Shown here piece by piece: positions 49,839 to 60,893 of a stretch of DNA of 64,000 bases. The notes below the pieces were generated by a model, which was not told where the DNA came from, ran no database searches, and saw only the letters and a program-made list of their open reading frames with translations. Each line of letters starts with the position of its first letter. The first letter of the stretch is position 1. Source of the DNA: Cirrosporium novae-zelandiae (Eukaryota); NCBI GenBank assembly GCA_026023565.1, contig JAPETS010000015.1, positions 124,001-188,000 of the forward strand, written 5' to 3'. The position numbers were made by a program, and so were the translations under genes.

Positions 49839-50856
49839 ATGGCTGATGAGAACACGCAACCGCGACAACAGAAAACATATCATAAGAAGGCATCTGGTGC
49901 AGCTCTTGGTACCGTTAAGCGCCACTCCAAAGATAGTGACCTCAAGCTGTATGGCAGCTGTTTCTGGTATGTCTACTCTATACTTTTCGTCTCTCTTCCC
50001 TCTCCTTGATTTGATGTCAATTATACCTAACCTTATCGCACCTTATTAGCCCCTTCGTCCAACGTATTTGGATTGCGCTAGAGGCAAAAGGCATCCCATA
50101 CCAATATGTCGAGGTAGATCCATATAAGAAACCAGAGTCGCTCCTTAAATTGAATCCAAGGGGTTTAGTCCCTACTATCCAACATGACAATTTTGCTTGC
50201 TACGAGAGTGTCGTGTTGCTGGAATATGTGAGTTTTGCGATAAAAGGTTGCTATTCTTCACTGTCGCTAATTGGACATGTAGCTTGAGGATCTCAACATC
50301 GGCAACGCGCTCTTGCCGCCCACTAATCCCCAACTCCGTGCCATTTGTCGTCTCTGGGCCGATCACATAAACCGCCATATAATCCCAGCATTCTACAAAA
50401 CCCTCCAAGCCCAAGAAGCCTCTGCCCAGCTCCAGAACGCGGAGCAGCTAAAAACTCACATTGACACTCTTGTCCAAAATGCCCACAGCCCTGGCCCCTT
50501 CTTCCTTGGGCCAGCTCTCTCGTTTGTAGATATCCATTTTGCGCCGTGGATGCTGAGGCTGTCAAGGGTACTGAAACCTTATAGGGGGTGGCCAGATCCG
50601 GAAGTTGGGAGTAGGTGGGAAGCTTGGGTGCAGGCGATTGAAGGATGTGACGCTGTCAGAGCGACGACGAGTGAGGAGGCATTGTACCTGGATAGTTACG
50701 AAAGATATGCAGGTGAGTCAAGTTTTCAAGTTTAGCGACGTGTCGATAATGCGGGGTTTAGTTAGGAGACTGACGTACGTGCGTATAATTATAGAAAATC
50801 GTCCCGACACAAGTCAATTGGCCAACGCCATCAATGCAGGACATCCTCTCCCTTGA
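49839..50856 (+). CDS. Glutathione S-transferase, omega-like (3' module of TF-GST locus)
   Basis: Exons 49839(or 49872)-49966, 50050-50227, 50283-50712, 50795-50856. LYGSCFC|PFVQRIWIALEAKG, NPRGLVPT, YESVVLLEY, GPFFLG..SFVDIHFAPW. Confidence 0.9.
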
Positions 50857-51613
50857 TTAGCAATACGATCCCAAATTAGCCTCAATGGACGTACTTGGTC
50901 TATACCTGCTTTTGGTCCATTCTAACTTAAAATATAAACCACTACATATCTTGGGAGGTCATCTCTTTGGATACCCGGTGCATACATGCGTTACGCGGCG
51001 TTTTTATTTATTTGCTTATTGGGCTTTGGGACTGACAATCCTCTGATCAATTAGCGGAAGAAATGATCAAAAGGACGGAAATTTTTTGTATCTTTTTACT
51101 TACATCCATGTTGGCTGGTTGGTTGTGGGATATGAAAGAGAGGAACTGGCTTTCTTCCTTTTTTTCCCCCACAGCTCCTTCTTGCTTGTGATTAAAGATG
51201 GAATGGAACCGAGCTAAGTTGCATTGAAATGGATTGATTGATTGATTGGGTTGTATAACCCGCATAACAGGCTTCTAAGTCCATACTGCTGCTCCTGTGA
51301 GGGATATTATAACCCAATCCACCATTCTAGGACCTTATTAATCACTGCATGGCGGTCGGTCTGGTTTTTTTTTTGTATTTTCATTATTTTTATTTATATT
51401 ACTATGATTGTCGTTTTTTTTCTATAGGAATTAAGGGTCTGAGCTGATAACTGGAGGAGTGGCCTACTGTGTATGCCGGGCGGTATAGCTTGACTGGGCT
51501 GGACTTGGTTCTTTATTGCGCTGGCTGGCTGGCAGGAATAGGAATAGGATAGGGATTGGATGGGATGGGATGGGATTATAGGATATAGGATGGCATGGAA
51601 TGGGGGATGGCAG

Positions 51614-51835
51614 TAAATTTGATTCTCTGCCTAAAATGAAATATTTGCTTGATCCATGGTGTTTATGTTTTTCTTTTCCCTTTTTTTTCTTATACTTGTA
51701 TTAATTTAGATATATATGGAATGGGAATGGAATGAAGTCGGCGGTTAAATTTGATTCTCTGCCTGAAATGAAATATTTGCTTGATCCACGGTGTTTCTTT
51801 TTTCTTATACTTGTATTAATTTAGAATATATATGG
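51614..51835. repeat. Imperfect tandem duplication, two copies of a ~90-105 bp unit
   Basis: TAAATTTGATTCTCTGCCTRAAATGAAATATTTGCTTGATCCAYGGTGTTT...TTCTTATACTTGTATTAATTTAGA at 51614-51719 and 51746-51835. Confidence 0.9.
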
Positions 51836-52322
51836 TACGGGGAATATTGATGGGTTCAATAAAGTGTATTATGAGACAGTAGAGAGTGAGGGTGTTTAGT
51901 GAAAATAAGCAAGTAAGTAAGTAGGTAGGTCTGGTGTTGGTTATTGTTGCTATTGTTGTTGTTGTTTGATGCCTATAATATAGGCAAGGCGAGGTAGGGG
52001 TTTCTTGAAGCCGAAGAGTGACTTACTCACTATATTTACAGTAGTGGGACTATCTCGTCGGTGATGAATTTCAAAACATCGATTTCTCAGTAATTGATTT
52101 AAAATATTCTATGTTAGATACGTGATGGAGCTATTATTCTCTATGGCTCTTGAACACATGGGTCATTCATTTATTGATCCCCTTGAGGGCCTCATACTTA
52201 ATGTCTCGCGTCCGCCCCCCCATCCAACCTAGCCAGGTAACGCCTGCGCTATGCAGCACAAAAAAAATTATGAATCTCTCCTTCCCTTTCCCATATTCAG
52301 CATCTCTGTTCCTGTTAACTAA

Positions 52323-53556
52323 TTATTGATCGTCGCCCTTTTTTTTCTTGTCGCCTCTTAGGCTCTGGCCGGATCCTAGGAAGTTAACCGGTTTTTGGGT
52401 TTGTGTGGTTTCCCCATCTTTCTTCACGGGCTTGAGGTCGTAGCCGAAGAATAGCTTGTTTGGGGGTAATCGGAGCGGCTGTGGGCCATCTGTGTTTCGG
52501 ACAAAGGAGTGGGGTTGGGAGTTTGTGGATGTGCCTGCCACCGGGGTTGACGGCTTTGGGGTGGGAGGCTTGCTGTCTTTTCTCGAGTTGAGGCGACGGC
52601 CACCTAGGAGGAAGTTGGAGGAGACGGCTTTGGCGCCTGCGGCGGCGGTGCTGGAGCTTGGAGCTATGGCGGCATAATTTATGGCTTGAGCCATGGATCC
52701 TTGGGTACGTAGAACGCTGCCACCGAGGTTTGCGTTAGGGAGTCCACCTCCACCGATGGGTGTGCTTGTGCCGCTCACGCGTTTGGGTTCTTCATAGCCT
52801 ACGGGTGGGGCGAAGTCGACTTCGATGTCTGTTTCTAGGACAGAGATGGCGTTCTTTTCGGTTTCTGGTTTGACTTCCAGGACAGCCATTTCGTAGGTTT
52901 GGTTGTTGTATTCGAAAGTAAAGATGTCGTTTTTAGTGAGGCAAGAGAAGTTGCGGAAGGCGTTTTCGAGAACAGCTTTCGGGTCAGTGATGTCGAGGAA
53001 GGAAGTAGATTGCGCTTGGATTTTGATGAAGCGACCATCTGGGAGATCGGTTGATTTGATTTGAACAAGGTCGCCAGGTTCCAGTAAGAGAGTTTGCATA
53101 ATCTATTAAATGTTAGAGTCATTGTAGAGAGTAGATCTTTGACATATTCCCAAAGAGGAGACTGCAACTTACCCAGTAGGGCAGATATATCTTCCCCTCC
53201 TCGGCGATGAACTCTAACACTCCAGCGTGCGTCAACTTCCCCTTGGAACCATTCACCAGCTCAAACAGCATCGGATACGTAATATGTAATCTCGTGAGCT
53301 TATCCAGAGCGCTTGGAGGCATGATGATCTTGCCGCCATGATTCAAACCGGGACGTTCGGGGCCAGGCAACATCACCACTGGATAACAGCGATAGTATTC
53401 GTCGAAGCGGCGGGGTCGCCTCCCCATCATGGGCGGATATCCCATCATTTGTTCGTCGTAAAACCCTCCAGAAAACTAACAGAATAGAATGTTAGTGATT
53501 TCTCTGAGTGATACTTGGCTGTTGAGAAAGAGTTAAAAGGGGAGAAGATGTACCAT
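52323..53556 (-). CDS. UFD1: Ubiquitin fusion degradation protein 1 (Cdc48 cofactor)
   Basis: ATG-only first coding exon 53556-53554, intron to 53476. FDEYYRCYP, GGKIIMPPSALDKL, THAGVLEFIAEEG, DITDPKAVLENAFRNF, DFAPPVGY, and the SHP-box-like FLGSGQSL. Confidence 0.95.
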
Positions 53557-53947
53557 GTCGACGTGGATTCAGGAAGCTGCTAGAGGATTCAGGTGAATGA
53601 ATGTATACAGGGTTTGATAGAATTTAATTGGGTAATAAATTGTTTCAAATGGATAGCTTTAGGATTTATAAAAATTGGTATAAGAAGCACAAAGGACTAC
53701 CTAGGCATGACAACTGGTATAGATACACAGTACGTATATCGCAGTTGGTAGTTGGTGGTTAGTGATCATTGAGTTTTGGATAATCAGAAAATGACGATTG
53801 GCCGAGAAGCTTGGGCCACACCCTTCGACCTTTGTTATATTTCCTGAACTCTCTAAGCTTCAACGAACAATAATACTTAGTCTCTCCGTGTTTATATCAC
53901 TTGCATTTTACTACAAAACATTTAATATAACCCCCCAATCATCCACA

Positions 53948-55393
53948 ATGCCCCAACCACTTCCCCGCCCAAAGCACCCCGCCGAAGACTATCTCACTCC
54001 TAACATGGCCTCCTCCGACTCCAACAAGAAGCCCCGTTTCGATATTCGCAACCCCTCTGCTCTTGCTGCCGACGACCCCGAGCCTGAATCTGATGTCTTC
54101 CTCAATGCCGACGAGATTGGAAAGCGCGGGACACAAGCCAAACGTAACGCCGTCAACGTCGACGGTTACGAGTCTGATTCTAGCAATGAGGGGTTCGATG
54201 ATCGGGCGGAGAAGAAAGCAAAGAAGAAGCTTGACATGGAAAGGGCAAAGAAAGACGAGGAGATGGATATGTTTGCGGATTTAGAAGATGACTTTCAGGA
54301 TGACAACGAGGAGACTGGGGCTAAGGGGAAAAAGAGGAAGGATGTTAGATTCTTAGATGAGAACGAGATCGAAGGACAAGTTGCTAGCTCAAAAAGCGGT
54401 GGTCACGTCTCCGCGGATTTCACACTCAATCCCAAAGGCAAGGATCGACAACGACAGGACAACGAAGAAGCAGAGTCCAGTTCCGACTCCGACGTTGATG
54501 ATACCGTCCGCGCTGACGCCGGCACCATTGACGAGGAAATCGGAGCCGGGGGAAAGAAAACTCACGCACCCAAACTCGACGCATTTAACATGCACCAAGA
54601 GCAAGAAGAAGGTCGATTCGATGATCAGGGCAACTTCGTCCGCAAAGCCGCAGATCCGGACTCCGTGTATGATACCTGGCTAGAGGGCATCTCCAAAAAA
54701 GACATCAAGAAAGCGCGAGAAGCAGCAGAGAAACGAGATGAAGAACTCCAACGTAAAGAATCAGAAGACGCGGCAATACCCACAAGCGATATCCTTGCAG
54801 CGCTGATCACGCATCTCGAGCGCTGCGAAACAGCCCTTGAAGCCCTCGCCCGCCTGAATAAAAGCGCACCCAAAAAACCAAAATGGCAGAAAAACAAGAA
54901 CAAAAACCGCCGAAAACAACAAGAACAACAACATAACAATGCTGACGAAATGGATATCGACTCCCACCAAAAACTCTCGGACCCAGCCGAAACAAAAAGA
55001 AGAGCAGCCGTCGAATCCATAACCGGCGCAGCGGACCTCCTCCTCTCCCGAGGCCAAACCGAAATCTACGACCAAGAGCGCGAACTCCTAACAAGACAAT
55101 ATCAGAGAGAGACAGGACAGGAATGGGTCGACTTGCCCGTATCATTGGGAGAAGAAGAAGAAAAACAACAAAACAATGAAATCAACACCTCATCATCATC
55201 CACAACAACACAATGGGAGTACCGCTGGTCGGACAAACGAGACGGAGGCGAGCCCCACGGCCCGTACGACGGTCCTACAATGGTTTCTTGGAACCAGGCT
55301 GGGTATTTTGGGGATGGGGTCGAGTTTCGGCGTGTTGGGGTCGCCGCTAATGGAGGAGGAGAGTGGAGAAGTGATGTTGTTGAGTTTGTTTGA
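53948..55393 (+). CDS. LIN1: Lin1/CD2BP2 (U5-52K) GYF-domain protein
   Basis: Single exon. LDAFNMHQEQEEGRFDDQGNFVRK, ETALEALARL, ITGAADLLL..IYDQERELL, and the GYF domain WEYRW...HGPYDGPTMVSWNQAGYF. Confidence 0.9.
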   Translation: MPQPLPRPKHPAEDYLTPNMASSDSNKKPRFDIRNPSALAADDPEPESDVFLNADEIGKRGTQAKRNAVNVDGYESDSSNEGFDDRAEKKAKKKLDMERAKKDEEMDMFADLEDDFQDDNEETGAKGKKRKDVRFLDENEIEGQVASSKSGGHVSADFTLNPKGKDRQRQDNEEAESSSDSDVDDTVRADAGTIDEEIGAGGKKTHAPKLDAFNMHQEQEEGRFDDQGNFVRKAADPDSVYDTWLEGISKKDIKKAREAAEKRDEELQRKESEDAAIPTSDILAALITHLERCETALEALARLNKSAPKKPKWQKNKNKNRRKQQEQQHNNADEMDIDSHQKLSDPAETKRRAAVESITGAADLLLSRGQTEIYDQERELLTRQYQRETGQEWVDLPVSLGEEEEKQQNNEINTSSSSTTTQWEYRWSDKRDGGEPHGPYDGPTMVSWNQAGYFGDGVEFRRVGVAANGGGEWRSDVVEFV

Positions 55394-57038
55394 TTTGATT
55401 TGATACTGGATTTTTGTTATATATACCACGGCATGGCATAGCATCTCCATCCCATTTGATGAGCTAGTTCAACGGGTCAACGGGTCAACGGGGGGGGCTC
55501 TCGAATCGGGGGCATTTGGAGTTGATGGGGTCTTGTTTACTTTTCTAATCCAAGGAGGGGAGGATTTATCAAATAAGTTATGCGAGATGGGTAGGGTAGG
55601 GACAACATAGGATATGGTGGAGGAGGTCAGGAATGAGTGTTATTTTTTATATGACATTACTTCAGTCTATCAGCTACTTATGTGGGCGAATAACCAACCA
55701 ACGAACCAACTAAATTATCCACCTTTCATGTTTTCTATTTCTTAGTGGAGATATTTTCACGGGAACGCTATATAAGTCATTACCACTAATCTAATCTAAT
55801 CTCGCCCACAAGGAGGAAAGCAAGAGAGAGAGAGAAAGAGAAAGATGAAATGTGAAACTGGAAAAGAAAAAAAAAGAAATATTATTCTGGATAGTGGCTC
55901 CTTCGGATAGGAGGAGGAGGAGGAGAAGGATGGGGACAGGAGAAAGAGGGTTGTATATGTATATGTATATGTATGCAGTATACAATGGAAATTGGATGGT
56001 ATAGATGGATTAGATTAGAGGGATATGAGGAATCCAACTTAGTCTAGATCTATTCTACTCTACCAATACTCTAGAGATATCCCAATCCTATTCTATCCTA
56101 TCCTGCCCTGCCCCAAGATTAGAAAGGAAACGAACACACATGGCACATACATACAAATCAATCAACCGAATTCACAAACCTGGCTAACCTACCTACCTAC
56201 ACGCCTATACTTATCCTTACACACATATACAAATCTCCGAACAATCAAGGGAAATGTTTTAATACCATCGCACTTGTACACACTAGCCCTTCCTTGATGA
56301 TGATGATTCATTTTATTGTATGCATGTCGCCTTACGGTATATAGCCCTTCCTTACAAGATATGGCGCTAATAAAAAGAAAGAACAGGGGGAGGAGAGATT
56401 TAAATATTGTTTTTATTATTGTGGATCTTATTTTACCATGTTGTCTCGGATTTTTAAAAAATTCTTTGATACTTTGTTTTTTGATACCATGGATGCTAAT
56501 GCTGTGCTCTGCTCTGCTATGCTCAGCTACTTTTTGTGTGTTTGTGTTGCAACAACGACGACAGCAACAATAAAGACGCAGACGAAAAAATATTCTTTAA
56601 AAAAGAAAAAAAAAATTCACAAAATTGCTTGCTTGCTTTGGTTTTACTTTCATCAGAATAATTGTATGCTTAAGTCATGCATGATGATGATGCACAGAAA
56701 ATAATCACCGCAAAAAAGTAGTAGTAAAAGACCCCTTTAATTTCATCTCTCCGTTCAGTAATCCGGCGCCAGCCAAGATGCTCTTCTCACAGATTCAACC
56801 CGAAAAGGAAAGCAAAAGAAAACAATATTCTTTGGTTTGACCTGTGTAGCCTAGCTAGCCCTATCATAAGCACACACAAGCCCCGGTATAGAAAAAGTAC
56901 CCTCCTTCCACTGAAAACGACAAGGGAAATCTGATACCGAATAATGCTTCGAAAACACTGAAAACAGACGTTGGCCATTCCTCAGTCGTAAATTCGCTAG
57001 AGCATAAACGTCGTAGAAGTTGGCTAGGATTTGGTTCC

Positions 57039-59252
57039 TCAAGTACCTCGGAAGGCGTCGAATCGTTTGTAGGTATATCCGACAAAGGGGAGACTCATCT
57101 CGGCTTCATGCTCCTCGCTCAAATTCTTGGCTTGGGCACGGTAACCGGCCGAGTGATCACTCTGGTCAATGTCGTTAATGGGGAAATACGACACATCGAC
57201 ATTGGAGCTTAATCTTGGCTCGAAGGGTGCACGAATCCGTCGGAGTTGGTCCCAAATAACACCATGGAAAAAGGGGTGTTGCTTAATTTGCTGACCCCCT
57301 GATGTTCCCCCTCGCCCGAGACGGTTTGAGGCATCGCAAAGAAGACTATACGAGATAAAATTAGTATCATGTCCACCAATGGCAAATGATGCAGCCAAAA
57401 ACCCAAGAAACGGGAAAGACAGGGAATCCAAGACAATGAGCTTGAGAACTGATGACTGACCTTCTAATCATGTCCTCCGAGGTTGGACTCAAATGAATAT
57501 CTTCTGGGAAGTAGAGGGTCTCTCGCCAATTGACAATCTTTCTATAGGTTTCTGGAGCTTCGTCTGCGCAGAATGGAGGCCAACCAATAAGACATTCGAA
57601 CATGATAGCACCAACAGACCACCAGTCACATTCATAAGAATAACCTTGGCCACCAAAGATTTCAGGCGCAATGTAATCAGGGGTACCGACGGTAGAGTAA
57701 GCCATGACACGACGAGACTTTCTCCAAGTATTGATTTGAGAGCGGTTGCTAAGGGTAAGACTGATCTGATTAAGGGAAACCGAGTTGCGGTTTTGGCTTT
57801 TGCTCGAAGTCCCTCGGAGTAATTGTTGGTAGTAAGAGTTGTCATGTCGTTTGTGGAAGCCGGTAGATAAACCAAAATCAGTCAACTTGATATGCCCCCC
57901 CCGATCCAGAAGGATGTTATCAGGTTTAATATCACTAGGCAACCATTAGCCGAAGCTCAAGTAGGGAAAAATATCTAGGAAATAAAATATTTGTCGAGGC
58001 TTGTCAAAAGATAGAGCATACCGATGAATATATCCAAGCTTGTGGACACTTTCAATCGCCAGGACCAATTCAGCCATGTAGAACCTCGTAATGTCTTCGG
58101 TAAAGATTTCATATTTGATCAGCATGGTCATCAAATCGCCACCAGGTAAGAATTCCATGAGCATGTACAAGAAAGTTGGATCTTGGAAAGTTGTATGCAG
58201 CTTTACGACCCAGGTCGAATCGACTTCCGCTAGAATATCACGCTCCGCCCGCACATGGGCCAGCTGCTCCCGCTTGAACATTTCCGCTTTAACTAGAGAC
58301 TTAAGGGCATATATCTTGCCGTCTGTTTTCCGTTGCACCAGCTTAACTTCACCGAAAGCACCTTTACCAATAATTTTTATAGTGCTAAAGTTCGCAGGAG
58401 TCTCCCTTGTGCGAAGGAAACGGAGGTATTGAGCCTCTGAATTTCGCAAGTCAATCCGTTTCTGGTTTCTCTGGGTGTCTGACATATCAGGGCTCCTCAA
58501 CGCAGTCTCCAATTCTTGCGCACTAATTTAGTTTAACATCAGTCTCAGACCACCCCAGTCATTACGATCATCGACAATCGTGAACATCAACAAGAAATAA
58601 AGCAAAGCCAAAGCACTTCTGCACAAGAGCTACTAATATCTCAAGAAAAAGTGAAAAGGAATGGGACATACCGAACATTCCTTTCACGGGCACGTTGAAT
58701 ATTCTCTGTGAAGAATGTCTCTACGGTTGCATGGGCCATCGTTCCTCTCTTTGATATGTTTTGTGAATACTTCTCGGGAACTCTCTCAGGAGGCTCTTCG
58801 TCACTTGTTTGTGCTGATCTTGGGCTATGATTTGGAGCAGGAGGCGCTAAACGATTGTGTAGAGGCTGTCCACTACCCCCTCCTCCTGTCCGTGGTCTTT
58901 GCGACATTGGAGATTGAGCACGCGCATAACCACGAGAACTTCCACTGAGGTCTTGATTAGAAAACTGTTGAATCAGATCGTTTGGATTCCCCCCATTTTG
59001 TCCTGTGTATGCACGCTGTGGTTCTTGAAGTGGAGCCTGAGCAAAATAATTGTTTCCACCAATTGCATTTGGAGACATTTGAGCATTGAGGTACTCTTGG
59101 GCGGCATGAACTGTCCCCGGCGACTGCGGGGAGAAAAGTGGCTGCGGGAATGTTGAGGGTGTGGTTGGGTATGTGCTACCGTCACCCTGGGGGTAATTGC
59201 CTCCACCTCCACCCATGCCTCTGAAATTGAGATGCAATCTATTGTTATCCAT
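57039..59252 (-). CDS. CBK1: NDR-family Ser/Thr kinase Cbk1/COT-1/Orb6
   Basis: Four coding exons. [49 protein letters not shown], and hydrophobic motif [10 protein letters not shown]. Confidence 0.95.
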
Positions 59253-60893
59253 GGTCCCAGTAGATTTCTGGTCCCATTGGAATTTATGTTAGCCATTAGC
59301 AAACAAAAGGCCCTTCCCTGGGAACTTGTATCACAATGCAACAAGGCTGAATGGGTCAGACGGCAGGCAGCTGAACAGACTAACAAAGTCAAATTAACAG
59401 AGAGGAAAAGCGCACTCACAGCTGAATTTCAGAAAAACTTTTTCGAAACGATCGACTTGTATTATGTCGATATGGACAGAGCAAAATCACAGCCAATGGT
59501 GGAAATCTCGAGGTGGAGGTGAGCTTCCAATCGGGAGAGGGCTATCAAGGGAGAGGATGTTAAGGAAGCTCAACACCGTCTTAAGACAATGGAATGATAG
59601 AGGCTAAGGGTTAAGAAGCCATATACCAAGGAAAAGGCAACAACGTCGTTCTTGAAGAAGGGGAAAGTGCTGAGTGTTTAGAGGGAAGAATGAAAGAGAC
59701 GTTTTGGAGTTCAGACTAATTGCTGGCATCAGGAGTCTTCGATAGTTACAGGGACTGAATAGACCTCAGCGCTATAGGACAAGTGAGGATCATTAGACGG
59801 CCCGAGACGACGCGCCTATTTACTAAGCGAGCCCAACAGTTTGACCTGTTTGACCCTTTTGATTTTACGATAATTACAAAAACAATAAGAAAATATAGAT
59901 AGATATACTAAATTTACAAGTTTGACTAATAATCCGATGACCCTGATTTTTTTTGACTTTTTTTTTTTGATTTTTTTGATTTTTTTTATGAAGGGTGTGA
60001 AGCATGCATAACTAACTACCAAGTACCTACCTACCTGCTAGCCTGCTACAGTACTGTACCTAGGTTAAATGAGTTAATAGGCAGTAGCACGTGGAATTCG
60101 GGGTTTCAAAGCCAATACAACGAGCCAAGGGAAGGTCAAGGGGGGGGGGAAGTCCACCGGGTTCAAGGACCGCATTGGTCTTCCAAAAAAAAGAAAAGTC
60201 GGGGAAATAATTACTTCCCAAACCCCCTCCTCCCTCCCTCAAGCGCCGAAGGACTCCCGGCCGACACACACACACACACACCACACATACACATACACAA
60301 CAGGTCCACTGCTACTTATGAAGGACTGGAGCCAGCATATTACTACGTAGAGTAAATTACATCACTTCACTGCCTATATTACTACTTTCAGTTCTCTCTA
60401 TGCTTCTTTCCTATGTGACCTGCTGGGCTGGAAATACTACTCTACATCAGAAGGACATGTGTACAGTCCATACCTATTAGGCCGGTCATTCCTAAATGTA
60501 ATTTATGTACGTATTTAGCCCTTTCTCACACCTAACCACCAAAGGTACTGATATCTACCAATTTACGTTGGGGAGGCCTTTAAGCAACTTGAAAGCTTGA
60601 TTCAAATTGGGCAATCTTGAAATGAAACTTGGTAGAATATCAAATTTAACGTCGATATAATTAGGTTATTCGTATTTCCTTCTGTCCACATTGACAAGTT
60701 TCACTGCCGAAATATTCCCTAATTCACAGCGAGACTTGCAAATAAAACGAAGCTTCAATTAACACCAGTGGCAAATCAAGTATTGTATTGGAGAAGTTTG
60801 GGAGGCCTTCAGGCGGAATGAGCATTTGCGGACTGACTGGCTTGTTTGAGGGCTAAATACTAATGGCCTGGGATTATATCACAGTCAAGCTTC

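Noticed and set aside
1051..59252. UFD4 with UFD1, and BYR4 with CBK1, in the same window as pathway clusters
   Set aside because: Separated by 12-45 kb and many unrelated genes; chance co-location is sufficient.
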